NCBI RefSeq assembly: GCF_000143415.4
Contig: NW_003314311.1
Location: 1,248,769-1,312,768 of the forward strand
DNA: 64,000 nt
Source of the DNA: Selaginella moellendorffii
Taxonomy: Eukaryota > Plantae > Lycopodiophyta
Direction of reading: 5' to 3'
This document shows, piece by piece, positions 33,397 to 46,459 of the stretch (the first letter of the stretch is position 1; every line of letters begins with the position of its first letter). A program made the position numbers and the translations under genes. The notes beneath the pieces were generated by a model. It ran no database searches and was not told where the DNA came from. It was given only the letters and a program-made list of their open reading frames with translations.

Positions 33397-35645
33397 ATGC
33401 ACAACAGGGTAGCGTCGTTTTGCGTCATGGGCGATCTCGTCAGGCGTGCTCAGTGCCAGAGTTTTCCTGGGCAGTGTCAGGGGATGAAACTTCGACGTCC
33501 CAGGCTGGGAGAATTCCGGGTGGCGAGACGAGCGTTCTGCTCCAACGCACTGACAGTGGTGAATGCGCTCACGGTGGTCGACGCTCTCACGGTGGTGGAG
33601 CCTCCGGCTTCTCATACACTTCGTCCGGGGCTTGGGAACACGTTTCTATCTCGCAGCCAGAGACGCATAGGACTGAAGAAGGATCCGGCCAGTGACAAGT
33701 ACGCGATTGTGAGGCAGGCTCGTCAGGAGGCAATAGCTGCTTACATTCCGGCGTATCCAGTCCCGCCTAGAGCTCGTGCCGACGCGGAAGATGGTGATGC
33801 AGCGTTGATTTGTCCGGGATGTGGTGTCTACATGCAAGACACGGATCCCTTGCAGCCGGGATACTTTAGAGTTCCTATCAAGCTCGACGTCCAGATTGAC
33901 CGAGATGTTATTACGCCGGAAGAGATGGCGAGGCTAGAAGCGACTTGCGGAGAGCCAGTGCCAGGGCCGCCGGAAAAGAAGAAAGAAGCTGACTCTAGCT
34001 ACTCTTACTTCGAGTTCGTCAAAGGAGAGATGACAGAGAAGGAGTACCGGGAGTTCACTCCCCCGAGTGACTACCACAAGAATGACGTGAAGAGTCTGGA
34101 GGAGACATGGGAGGATATCATCGACGGGGCTGAGGAGGCGGATGAAAGGAAGAAACGGAGAGATATGTTGAAGTCGTTCAAGCGCGAGAAGCCGTCTGAG
34201 GAACGGCTTGTGGTGTGCGCGCGGTGCCACTCGCTAAAGTACTATGGGCGCGTGAAAGAGAAAACAGCCGAGACGCTACTTCCGACGTTCGACTTTGACA
34301 AGATGGTCGGCCAGCGCTTGAAAACAGCTTATGGTAAACGAGCCGTCGTTCTCATGGTCGTCGATTCATCAGACTTCGACGGCTCTTTTCCTCGACAAGT
34401 CGCCAAGTTGATCTCTGAGGTTGAGGCACAGATGGCTGCTACTTACAGAACTGGATTTACCGGTAACTCGCCTCGACTGATAGTCGCTGCAACGAAAGTC
34501 GACTTGCTGCCCCCGCAGCTCTCACCGATGCGGCTGGAACAGTGGATAAGGAAGAGGGTGATCATTGGCGGAGCTCCTCGGCCGACTGCAGTCCATCTTG
34601 TGAGCGCGACAAAGAACTGGGGTGTACAGGCACTGACCGAGAGGATCACAAAAGTTGCTGGGCCTCGAGGCGACGTATGGGTTGTCGGAGCTCAGAACGC
34701 TGGGAAATCTTCGCTCATCAATGCTCTGGCACGTTTCAACGTTGGGAAGCACGAGAGCCGCCTCACTGAGGCGGCACATCCAGGGACTACGATCGGAATC
34801 CTCAAGATAACAGGGATCCTCCCGCAGAACATCAAGCTCTACGACACGCCCGGCATTTTCCACTCGCACCAGCTCACGATGCGGCTCAACGAGGAGGACT
34901 TCAAGAGCGTCCAGATGCGAAAGGAGCTCAAGCCCAGAACCTTCCGCATAAAGGTAACGTTTTTCCGCTGAGGTCGTCTACGTTCTAAAGCTGTAGTATC
35001 AATGTAGGTTGGCCACAGCATCCAAGTGGGAGGATACTTGAGACTGGATCTCTTAGAAGCTCCCGCCCGCACGATATACATGACAGTGTGGGCGTCACCT
35101 TTCATCTCGTTGCACATGGGAAAGACCGAGCGTGCGCTCGATGTTTTCAAGAAGCATATCGGCGTGGAGCTCAAGGTTTGCTGGTTTTGTCCACTTCCTG
35201 TTGTCTAATTCCCGGTTTTGTCCATCGCTAGCCTCCTTCGAGCCTGAAAAGCTGGATCGAGCAGGGACAATTCGTATCTCAAAAGTTTCGAGTCCATGGC
35301 GACGACTGGGAAGCGAGCACGGTAGATATCGCGGTCGCGGGACTGGGCTGGGTGGGCCTGGGACTTAAAGGCGAGGCAGTCATCGAGGTGTGGACATACG
35401 AGGGGGTGGCGGTCTCCACGCGAGAGGCTCTGGTGTACGACTACGCACGGATTTTCGAGACTCCTGGTTTCACGATCGTCCACCAGACCGAGGAGAAGCC
35501 AAAGAAGAGGCCGTCGAATGCAGAGACGGGCTTCAACCGGCGAGAGGACAGATGGGCCAGGGAAAAGATGAAAGCTGGGCCTAAACCGAAGGCTCTGGAG
35601 ACACCAAAGGCGGAGCTGGAGGGCGAGCCGATGGAGCTCTGGTGA
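33397..35645 (+). CDS. BPG2: Circularly permuted YqeH-type GTPase, BPG2-like; exons 33397-34953, 35008-35175, 35232-35645
   Basis: CPGCG...CARCHSL Zn finger, G4 TKVD, G1 GAQNAGKS, G2 PGTT, G3 DTPG and DIAVAGLGW. Splices keep the frame; N-terminus resembles a transit peptide. Confidence 0.88.
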
Positions 35646-38600
35646 TAACGAAAGGAGGGAGCAACGTCGAAAAAACAAAACAAAAGGAGGGAGATGCAAA
35701 GATCCGTGGGTTCCAGGTAAAAAGTTCTTTGTCAAGTACCTCACAACTTGTCTTTGGTGTGCCATGCAGGCATCCTTAAAAATCACACACAACACAGGTG
35801 GCTTGTTTCAATGATCTCCACTCGCTACTCCCTGGTGGGATCGTGACAAAGTCATATCTCTCGAGAAGCCGCCAAGACGAGAAAGTAGAAAGAGCAATGA
35901 CGCGATCAAAAGGACCGGGGCTTGTCAAAGAGGACCGGGCTTGTCAAGATCATGCCCTGTTCTTCGAGGTATAGCTTTTCTCTCTCGAGAATTCACGGGT
36001 TTTTCTTCCAGAGCTATCTTACTGTTTGGAGAGCTCTTTGGGGAGATGCTTCTAGTGGCTACGAAAGCTATCATCCATTGCTAAGTATGCCAGCACTTAA
36101 AGCAATGCACAGGTTCTCTTCTATCTCTATCTCTCTCTTATATTTTTTGTGGACTTTTATTTGAGTGAGAGGTGCTTGTGTGACATGTCTTCCACTGGAA
36201 AGCCAAAGCCAAGTTTCCTAGTTGACAAAGGGAAGAAAAGTAACATCTAACTCTAGTTTCTAGGAGAGTTTATAAAATCTTGGTGAGGCATGGCTCCACT
36301 CCAGTCCTCCAGGCTATATGTTCTCTTTCGGTAGAGGAGAAATTTTCTATCCCTATGGTACAAGTCATCTTCACTGGAAAGGTGCTAGGCTTTTGAATTC
36401 TTAACCAAAAGCTTGAATTGTTAATCTAAAAGCTTGGAGCCCAAGTGATTGTTTGTTTACAAATGAGTGCTTGGAAGCTTTCCAAACAAACAAAACCATA
36501 AGCAAAATGTGCCTTTAGAAAATAATAATTAGTATTAGTATTTTAGTAATAATATTATTATTAGAATTTGAATTTGAAATGTAGACAGCCACTTTGCACT
36601 CGTGCGTGATGCTTTGTTAGTTTACAATAATCCATGGTGGAAGGTAGAAGATCCATCCATGTATAATATTAATCCTCTAGCTTGTTTTCCTGAAAAGAAA
36701 CAATGGTCTCGGTTTTGGAATGATCTAACCAACTTCTTTCTCGCAGTGCATGATGAGGTTTAATTTCCCGCACCGAGATAATCTAAACTTCTACACCCCA
36801 AGACTTAAACAAAAGCCCCGAAATCTCCATAGTCTTCGCGGCCAAGCTGTGATTCACATCCCCCGAAGCTAGCATAGCTCGATCCATTCACATATCCATC
36901 GTTTCACTCCAATCCAGTCTAATCCATACTGGACAAAGTCTCCCCGCAAAGAAAGAAAAAAGTTGCAAGAAGTTCTTTATCATTTCCGACGCGCATATCA
37001 TCAACTTATAGAGAGGTTGACGTAGAAGCTTAACCCAATTTCTTCCAGAGCTACATGCACAGAGATGAAAAGAGAAAACTGTAAAGAAAAGGAGGTGTAG
37101 AAGGATGAAGTAGAATCAATTAATTCTCTCTGGGGATTTTGTTGGTTTTCTCATGCATATCTGCAATGGCGGTCTCCAAAAGCCACGACTGGAGATCCAG
37201 TGGTGGTTATTCCCCGTGTGGCTCACACATGAAAGCCAAGAGGGCTGACACGTGAAGGTGACGAACTCAAGGATGACATCCATTGTATTCGTATTTTAAT
37301 CGTCTCTTGGGACGATTCTATTCTTCTTTGCCACTGGTGGTGGTGGTGGTGGTGATGGTGGACGATGATTTTATGGAGCTTCTTGGCCTCTCTGGTTCCA
37401 TTCGGAGGAAACACACTCAAGTGGTGGCCTTTGATGCTGCTCTCTAACACACCTACAAACCGAGAAAAGAGAAAAGAGGGAACCACCAAACTTGAGCTTG
37501 AATCAACGATCCTAGAGTGAGATTTTACCTGGTGTTGGAGTGCGAGGAGTTTTCTCTTTTCGCATAATTGCTATCATTTAGCCTTCACTGCAATCACCAA
37601 CAAGAGAGATCACCAACGAGGAGAATTTCACTTAATTACCAGGCCCCGAGATGTTCTTGTTCTTTCCCCAGAGCTCTAGGGGATAAAACAACGCCGAGCT
37701 GCTAAAACCGACGTGTTTGCAATGTCAAGATTCTAAAAGCCTTGAAAAGAGAAAAGGCTCCTTTTGTTACCTCATTCCATCACCCGCTTACACCCGGACG
37801 GGCTTTTCGAGCGAGCTCCGTTTGCCTCCCAAAGCGCAGGAAAGAGCTGATGTGCCATTTTCTTCACTCCGCATTATGGAAGCAGAGACCCCTGTTTGTT
37901 GCTCCCAAAGTTTGAAAAGTAATAGAAAACCTGAGAAATCAATGAGATTCACCTTGCTTGTTGCTCCAAATACAGCCTGATACCCCTGGTTGAAAGAAGG
38001 GGGGCGGGGAAGAAAAATTCACCTCACACCACTCACCGCCCCTTCCTTGGATCAGGCTTTTGAAAAAAGCGAGAAAGCAACAAGGCGAATCATCATCGTC
38101 TCGCCGTACCTGTGATACGTCCACAAATGCCGTTTGGTGCGCCGGAGGAAGATCACAAAGATTCGGTGTTTTAGTTAGCTAGCCAGTCAAAGGACTGGAA
38201 GCAGCCACCATGTAAATAAAACAAAATCTGCGAGAGACGAGGGAGTTTTTAAAATCACAAACAAATGCAAAATGCCAACCAGAGAGAACAGCTCAAAAGA
38301 AGTGCTCGATAACTCAGAGAGGTGGTGCAAACGTAGCCTCAGAAACTTTCAAGCCAGGATCCGAAAGAAGACGCAAGAACCGCAGGAACGAGGACTCTAC
38401 TTAATAGTCGGGTTCGTAGAGCCTCAGACGACCATGGACCACCAAACCGACAGACATAACTCAGCGAAACATAAAGATGAAGCAGCTACATAGCTCACTA
38501 CAGAGAAAGAGAAAACAACAACAGTAAAGGAAAATAAAAAACCACGAGAAATATATGCAAGAAACACAAAGCACCGAAACAATGCCGACTAGAAAAATTC

Positions 38601-39843
38601 GAAAAAGTACCAGCAAGTAGCAGTCGTAAACCTTTACGAGTTCCGTTCCCACTACCCTCCGACTGCAAGAGAGAGAAAGGCAAAAGAAAAAAGAGTGTAA
38701 GAAGACAACATGAACAGGGAATAAGTAAGAAAGACGCAAAAGAGAGAGGATCTCTTCTTAGTTCTTACCTTGAGAGCAGCCGTCCGTCAGGAACAAGGGA
38801 ATCCATGCAAGAGGCCTCGGCATGATGGAATCCTCTCCATGCGCAGCCAGAGTATATAACTCGTGCTATCCATCACACCACCAGGAGCACGCTTGCTTTA
38901 CTTGACACCTTTCCTCTTGCCTGTGGCTGTGCTCCCCTGGATGCTATACACTGCTGCTGCCGGCTGGGCTGCCTGCACAGAAGCTTAAGCACGGAGTTGG
39001 ACGAACGAACTGTAGAAAAAGAAAAAAAAAAAAGCTTCCAAGTGAGAAAAGCAAAGTTTAACATTCTGCACAGAAGCATAAGCACGGAGTTAGACGACCT
39101 GTGGATAAAACTAAAGCTTCAAAGTGAGAAAAGCAAAGTTTAACAAAGAAAAGCACTTACTGTCAACTCCAGTCCGTTCCTTACCCCGCGAAAAGCCCTC
39201 TTTTCCATTCTCTTACTCCTGCAGCAGATGCTCTGTATTGCGCGGTAAAGAGAGCGCATTTTTTGTTGGCAAGTCCGCTGTTAGGTGGTCCGCTTTCGCT
39301 TTCTCTGCTTTCTTCCCCCTCCCAAGAGTCCTTCCTCCTTCTCGTCCGCCTTTGGAGCGAGCTCTTCGGCAGCAGCGCTTGATATATGTGTAGGTTTTAG
39401 CGAGGTTTTTCTTCCGCAGCACGCTCTTTGCATGCGTCTTATAATTCCTCCTCCTCCGCAAGTCCCAAGTCGTCTCGTCTCCGGAAAATCGATTCTTTGC
39501 GTTTCTTCCGCAGTTTCGGCCTGACTCATGTCGTCTGTGTGATTGCTATCATGCCATCCAGCAGCGTTCGCTTTGCCTTGTTTTCCCTGTCTCTGTTTTC
39601 CAGCTGAGGAGCCGAGACAAGCGCTCCCTTGTCTTCTACAAAAATTACTCTTCCATATCAGTGTCGTTCTTCAAAGGCTTTGCGCACTCGGGAGTTCCAT
39701 GATGAAGCGTGGCCTGGGAATTTGCTTCTCCTCAATCACCCAATGCATGATGTTGGCCTCCGGCGGTTTCATATCTGGCTGAAGATTTCCTTTCCTCCAA
39801 CTGAAGCTCCTCGCATCCACAGCAAAGAAGTATCCGTCCCAGC

Positions 39844-41433
39844 ATGCCGGCAAAGGAATACGATCCGTCCGCGTTACTTAATGCCAAGCCAGGAAGTTGT
39901 AGCCCCTCCCCATCGCATTCCCGGAAAGTTTTCGAGAGCCTCTCTTCCATGCTGGACAACTTCAAATATTGCAGGCCGAAGCAGGACTTCCAGCACAGCT
40001 TGGTGCCGCTCCGGAGCAGGAGGTCGGATGCATGGCCGCGAAACAGCACCAGCAGCAGCAACAGCAGCACCAGCACCAGCACCAGCAGCGGCAAGGACGA
40101 ACAGAAGTTTCACAGAGAGGCGAAAGCTCGCCATCGGAGGAGCGCTGAATTGCAGCACCACTACATGCTCCATCCAAATTCCGGTTATCTGTTCGCCACG
40201 CCTAAGTTTGAAAAGGCCCGGAGCTCCCAGTCCACGGACGAGTCGGACGAAGTCCTGGGAGATTTGCAGCCGGTCATCGAGGAGCTTGGTTCCAGTAACT
40301 CGGCCAGCCGGAGGCATGCGGCGGAGAGAGTGAGACGGCTTGCAAAGTCGAGCACCAGGATAAGCATGACGCTGGTGAAGATGGGTGCAATCACACCACT
40401 TATCGCCATGCTGGATGCCTCCGCCAACGATAAAGGTGTCCAACACACGGCCCTGCTTGCACTTCTCAGCCTCGCCATCGGAACTAACGTGTAAGTTCTC
40501 CACGTCTCACACACCTTCCCAGTTTCGTTCCTGTTCCTGTTCCTGTTTTTCGTCCGTCCGGTCGTAGCGATAGTTTTCGAATTTCCGCCACATCGTCGGT
40601 GTCGCTGATATGTTCCTTCCATTGGTGTTTGCAGGAACAAGGCTGCCATAGTGACTGCTGGAGCCGTCCCGAAGATGGTGAAACTTTCTCAGGAATCGGG
40701 AGGAACAGTCCAAGAAGGCCTGGCAGCAGTCTTCCTCAGCTTGTCTGCTTTGGATGTGAACAAGCCCGTAATTGGACATTCTGGTGCTGTCCCAGCTCTC
40801 ATCAATATCTTGAAGCAGGGAGCAAGCTTGAAAGCCAAAAAGGACGCATTGAAAGCGCTGTGCAATCTCTCCATCTTCCACGGCAACGTTAAGGTGATCG
40901 TCGACGCTAATATAATCCAGTCCCTGCTAGATATGATTTACCACCCCGAGCTTGTGGAAACGGCAGTAGATCTTCTGGGAAATCTAGCAGCAACTGAAGT
41001 AGGCCGGCGAGCTATTGTCGACAAGCAAGACGCTGTCCTCATACTGGTGGACGTTCTCGGCTGGGCTGACGCTCCACAGTGTCAAGAGAAGGCCGTATCT
41101 GTCCTCATGACCATGGCGTACCGGAGCCGTGCGTTGAGACAGGCAATTTCCCGTTGCGGAGCAGTATCGGCACTCTTGGAACTGTCCATATTGGGGAGCT
41201 CTCTAGCACAGAAGGTAGCTGCATGGATCCTCGACTGTCTCAAGCAGGATGACGACTTTGGCAGGAAGAGCTCGACTACGTTTCATGATGTCTTCTGCTG
41301 TGAAGACGCGCAACCCGGAAAGTTTGTCCATAAAGTCCTTCAAAACCGCAACATGATGGCCAGAGAAGGCATGAATCCGCAACTTGGTCCTGGTTGTGAT
41401 ATTTCTGACCACTTCATTTCAATCACACTGTGA
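39844..41433 (+). CDS. Armadillo-repeat protein (PUB-like ARM array, no U-box seen); exons 39844-40490, 40635-41433
   Basis: GAITPLIAML, NKAAIVTAGAVPKMV, SGAVPALINIL, KKDALKALCNLS and QEKAVSVL. GT-AG intron 40491-40634 is in frame. Confidence 0.9.
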
Positions 41434-42093
41434 TTTTCAGCTCCGCTCATCATGTCTGGAAAGAAAAAAAAACAGCATTTAAAAACAGGAGTCACGAGAA
41501 ACAAAGCCAGATATTTCCTCATACCCTCAAGATATTCCTGGAGGGGTCTCAAATTCCTGGCGTCTTTTGTAAATTGCAGAATGAATGTTCTTTCACCTGT
41601 GCAGTACAGTTGTGTAACTGTGTAATTTTTTTCCTCAACAATCCACGGTCAAACTCAGTCACCAAGCACAGCCAGCTTTCCAGTCGGTTTCTGTGCGAAG
41701 GAACGCCAACAAGGTTAGGCAGTACAAACAAAAAAGAATAACAGAGTCACCATCAGCAAACCTTACCTTATTCTTTCCTTCGTAAGACGTGAACATCGGA
41801 TTCTGCAACCGGACTCCAGCAAGCCAACTCCCTCACCCGGAACGACAAGTCCATACAAAACAAGCTCTTTCCGCACGAAAATCCTGACCGGCAATATGAG
41901 CATGCGCCCCCCTATCAAACTCATCAGACAGACTTTGAATTAATATCACAAAATACAGCTCACTACGCTACAAAATAGAAACTGATGCCTCACAAACCAC
42001 AAGACATCAGAGAGGTGTTGGGGACTCCTCGCAAGAGCTCTCCTTAGATTGGTCTTGTTGCAACTCTGTGTGTCGCCGTTAATACATAAAATT

Positions 42094-44206
42094 TCAAGGA
42101 AAATGAAACAGCAGCCTACCTTTCTTTTTAAGCTTGTTCCGGAAACTTCTTTTCCTGCTGAAAGCTCCCTCCTGCAATAATTTTAAAAGACCTTTAGATG
42201 AAGGAACGCATGAACAACATATAAGTACCACTGGTTGGCCATCAGAAATTGCTATACGGACAGCGTCCGCAAGCGGTTTACTGGATTCTGTGTAAAGACT
42301 TGTAACAACGCCGGTATTACCAGCCCGTCCCGTTCTTCCCACTCTATGGAGATAATCGACTGCGTTTAACGCAAACTCGGCCTGCAAAGAGCTAGTTGTA
42401 AAAAGCTTTCAAACTTTGTTTTACTCACCTGGACGATATGACCAATATCACGGATGTCAAGTCCTCGAGCGCCTGAATCTGTACACAGCAGTATCCCGCC
42501 TTCATCTTGAAACCTTTTCAAGTTGCTAGTGCGCTCCTCCAAGGGGATATCTCTATGGTAACATAGTGGTACGATGTTTACTTTCTCCAGAATTTTGGAA
42601 ATGGCAGTAACTGACTCGATGGTGTTCGCGAACACCATCGTCCGCATAAAGGATGGTGGCGGACCTGCCTCATTAACTTCTGGCCGTGCGGCAATGGCTT
42701 TGAGAAGTGCTTCTACTCGCTTTTTAGAATCGACCTCAATCCACTGATGCTTTACACTGCAGCAGAAACTCGATAAGTTACGAGAACACTAGAACCACAC
42801 ACTACCTTGGAATTTGTCGGTGAAGGAAATCGCCGTTGACCCAGGTAGCGTCCGGGAATTGGTACGAGAGCATTATAGCAGGAGTTTTTTTCCCTACTAC
42901 CGGCAGTGTAGCAGCCACAAAAATGTATTGCTTGCTCCTTTTGTACTTTTTCCTGTATGTCTTGCGCTTTTTCTTTGTAGTGTCGTCCCCCTTTTCATCA
43001 CCGCCAGATTCTGTTGGTCCGGGAGTACAGTCAGTAGCTGTCTCAGAATCGATGTCTGCTGCCGCTTCCTTCCACTCACTGGCTATCTCCTTTTCCATAT
43101 CAGAATCACCGTCGGATTCAAATTCCTCTTCTTTAGAAGGTTCAAAGTCGGTCCATGGCTTGGTTTCCTCCTTTTTTTGCTCACTACCCGGCTTCTGGAT
43201 GGCTTTTTCCTCCGCAGCAAGCTTTTTCTCGGCAAGCCTGAGCAGTGGAATCAACCGTTGGGTCACTTGCCGTTCAAAACCCCCTGATAAGAGCATATCC
43301 GCTTCATCAAAGACCTGTGTACCTCGTTAAGTATGTAGTTCGGCAGAAGATAGAAATGAACAATCAACTCACCACATAACGGGCATCTCTTAAAAAAGCC
43401 GTTCTACGCTTTTGCTTTGGATCGAAGCTGAAGAGGTGGTTTATCAAGGCTCCCGGTGTAGCAAACACAAAATCTGGGGGCGATGTTGGCCATCCCTGAA
43501 AAGAACATAGTAAATTATCAGGAACTCGGGTGAGCATTTTCTCACGTACCTGACCTCCCGTTATGACAGCAACCCGAACAAAATCACCCAGCTTACTGCA
43601 AACCTTGGTCGCCATCTCGGCAGCTTGTTGACACAGGGTAGCGTTCGGGCACAAAACCAAAGCAAAGCTGCGTGGAATGTAAGCATTCTCGTCCTCGGCT
43701 TTCTTCTCCTTGAATTCCTCATTCGACTTTGCAAGGAGTTGAAAAATCGGAAGGAGATACGCATGAGTTTTTCCACTGCCCGTCTCGGCAGCCAAAATTA
43801 CGTCACCACCTTCTAGAATACGAGGAATTGCAGCACCCTGGCAGAACGAAGAGCAAACTTGTTACCCCATAATCACACACAAAAACAATTCTCCTCACAA
43901 ACATACCTGTATCGCCGAGGGACGATCAAACCCCGCCTTCATAGCAGCCTGTGAGATTTCCCCGGACAATCCCAGCGAAATCCAGCTGACGCCAGGCTCG
44001 GCATGAAAAGAATACCTGGCCTGCTGCTTCTTCTTCTCCTTGGCGCTCGCAGCGACGGAATACACGCGAATGAATCCCCCGCATTGCGATTGCGATCGCG
44101 ATTGCGCCCTAGCGCCCCTGCCGCCGCGCAATCCCGACCTCCATATCCACTGGCAGAACGTTGGCGACGAGAATCCGAGCTGCCGATGCGCCGGGGCGCC
44201 AAGCAT
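42094..44206 (-). CDS. RH22: DEAD-box RNA helicase, RH22-like (multi-exon; last exon uncertain)
   Basis: Q motif GFDRPSAIQ, AAETGSGKT, DEADMLL, YIFVAATLP, ARGLD, HRVGRTGRAG and EGAFSRKRSFRNKLKK. Confidence 0.88.
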
Positions 44207-44386
44207 TTCTCCACCACGCCCTAAACCCTAGCTCCACCTCTAAAACCCTATCCCGCCAAATACATTTTAAAACCAATGCTTGATAGAGATTAGGGCTTTT
44301 GGGCACTATACTGTACTCTTCAATGATTGGCGGGAAGAAACAAAAGTTTAAAAACCATTCTTTTTTTTGCTCCTTTTCTTCCTCTT

Positions 44387-45532
44387 TTAGTTTCCAATGG
44401 GCTGAGACAATTGATCCAAGAACACGGCCTCCAGCCCCGAGAAAGATTTGTTGATCTCCGAGAGGTCATCGTCCTGGTCGCAGCAAATCCCCAGATCGCT
44501 CACGCTGAAGCTATTCCCACCACAATCGCCCTCGTCCCAGATCATCGACTGGCACTTGAAATCGTCCCCTTGCTCCATGATCGTCAGCCCACCACCCAGC
44601 GCTGGCAGCTCCGCGGAGAAATCTGAGCTAAAGATCTCCGGCTGGGTGATCATTTGCCTGTGATCGACGTCGCAGCAGCTGGAGCAATTCATCTGGATCG
44701 CGAGCTTGTCCTCTCGGCAGCGCTTGAGGATCGCTCTGTTCTCGCTGGGTTCCTCCACCAGCGAGCTCGGCACGATCCTGCTAGTGCCACCATTGTTCTT
44801 GCTGGTGTTGGTGGCGATGCTCAAAGCACTCCCAGTGTTCTTCGCTTCCACCACGCAGCTCGTCGACGAGCTCGAATCGCTCGACTTGTTGGGCTTCTCG
44901 ATGCAAAGCTTCTTCGCTGGAGCAGCGTGAATTCCTGGCACTGCCGCCACTGCTACTCCTGTTTGATCGGATGCCGCGGAGCTGCTAGTGCTACACCCGG
45001 AGTTGGATCCCGACTCGGGGAAATTGAGCTGGGCGGATGGGCCATAGTGGATCTTCGCGGCGCGATCGTAGGCAGCAGCGGCGTCCTCGGCGGTGGTGAA
45101 AGTCCCCAGCCAAATCCTCGCTCCTCGATTGGGCTCTCGAATCTCCGCGACCCATTTCCCCCAAGTTCTTTGCCGGACGCCGCGATACTGGCACTGGGAG
45201 TTTTGTGGACCGCCCTTGCCTTTCATACACCCCTTCTTGCTGCGCTGGGGGCTCCTGTCACTGCTCGTGCCGCCCAGATTCGCCGAGGAGCTCGACGATG
45301 CCAGCGAGAATTTCTTGGATCTTGCAAGATTGTGATCGCTGCTGGATGCCGCCGCGGTGGCCGCGCCCGGGAGATGATGGATCAGCGCCGCCGGCGGGAT
45401 CTTGTAGACGATCGGGGCGGCGCCGGCGTCGATCATCTTGGGGAGGACCCTGTGCGTGTTCTTGCTGCCGGGCGCGTTGATCCGGCGCACCGAAAACACT
45501 TCTTGCGGGTTGGAGCACGACCGAGGAGGCAT
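44387..45532 (-). CDS. AP2/ERF transcription factor, DREB2 (A-2) type
   Basis: [13 protein letters not shown] followed by [34 protein letters not shown]; acidic C-terminus. Start may lie in an upstream exon. Confidence 0.92.
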   Translation of the reverse strand: MPPRSCSNPQEVFSVRRINAPGSKNTHRVLPKMIDAGAAPIVYKIPPAALIHHLPGAATAAASSSDHNLARSKKFSLASSSSSANLGGTSSDRSPQRSKKGCMKGKGGPQNSQCQYRGVRQRTWGKWVAEIREPNRGARIWLGTFTTAEDAAAAYDRAAKIHYGPSAQLNFPESGSNSGCSTSSSAASDQTGVAVAAVPGIHAAPAKKLCIEKPNKSSDSSSSTSCVVEAKNTGSALSIATNTSKNNGGTSRIVPSSLVEEPSENRAILKRCREDKLAIQMNCSSCCDVDHRQMITQPEIFSSDFSAELPALGGGLTIMEQGDDFKCQSMIWDEGDCGGNSFSVSDLGICCDQDDDLSEINKSFSGLEAVFLDQLSQPIGN

Positions 45533-45888
45533 TCTTTTTGCGAGATTTCGCTCTCTTTCCTCGAGATCGATGATCCTCGCAGAGCTTTTCGGCGCCCGGC
45601 CTGCGCCAAATATGATCCTCCTCCTCCCGCGACCTATTTCTGGATCAAACCAATCCAGCAAAGACTTACTCCAAGATTCCTCCTTGGCGCTCCGGGATCG
45701 CTCGCCCTAGCTCCAAGATCACTCACATTCTTCCTCTAGATCGCCATAAACCCTTCCTCCCTCCCAACAGAAGCAAAGCAAATGGCATGGAATAAAACTT
45801 ACCTGCCAAGACATTAACTTTTTACCCCCCAAAGATTACAAGAAAAATCCCCCGAAATAATAAGTCGGCCGCCGCCTTGTGGCTTAAG

Positions 45889-45930
45889 TTACGTGGCGTT
45901 AAACATCCAAACGGGCGCCTGCCACGTGTC
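45889..45930. promoter_or_regulatory. Paired ABRE/G-box motifs upstream of the DREB2-type gene
   Basis: TACGTGGC and GCCACGTGTC about 30 bp apart. Confidence 0.5.
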
Positions 45931-46377
45931 GTGCGTCACCGCCGTTAAACAACCACAACGTGCGTCACATCCGGCCGTTAGGTATGCCACGCCAGCCCTA
46001 GTCTATTGTCCTCGTGATATTCCATGGTTGGCTTCGCGCCTCCTCAAACTCTCAAACAAACTAAACAACAACAAAGAACAAATATAGGGCTGGCAGGCAA
46101 ATCTTGGCTAAGTGCCAAATTCTCACACAGCCACTAGCTATGGCCTTTTGTTTCCATACAGTTCAATAGAATAGATTGATTAATCGAAAGAAATTTGCAA
46201 TTATCTTAACCATGTACACTCTTTTGGATTGTTTAGATGGATTGTTTATTTGGCAATTATCTTATCAACATTCTTATAGGATTTTTAGATGGATTGATTC
46301 ATCAGAATAAATTTGCAATTTTTTCTTAAAAATGCACATTGTTTTATTTAGACTTCAACTATGAAGAAAGGGCGGGA

Positions 46378-46451
46378 ATCCACGTGTCGGACACGTGGAT
46401 GATTTTGGCGGGAAAAAGCATATGCTTTGGGTTTTTAGGCTAGAACCCTAA
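46378..46451 (+). promoter_or_regulatory. RPA2 proximal promoter: double G-box palindrome, E2F site, telo-box
   Basis: ATCCACGTGTC-G-GACACGTGGAT (46378-46400), TTTTGGCGGGAAAA (46403-46416) and AACCCTAA (46444-46451). Confidence 0.65.
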
Positions 46452-46459
46452 AGAGCGTC

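Noticed and set aside
37223-37489. Poly-His ORF
   Set aside because: Derives from a (TGG)n microsatellite, has a non-ATG start and no other support.
38915-38946. Partial similarity to miR160 (gctcccctggatgc)
   Set aside because: Several mismatches or indels and no complementary arm found.
44654-45739. 361-aa plus-strand ORF
   Set aside because: Antisense shadow of the GC-rich DREB2 CDS; no domain.
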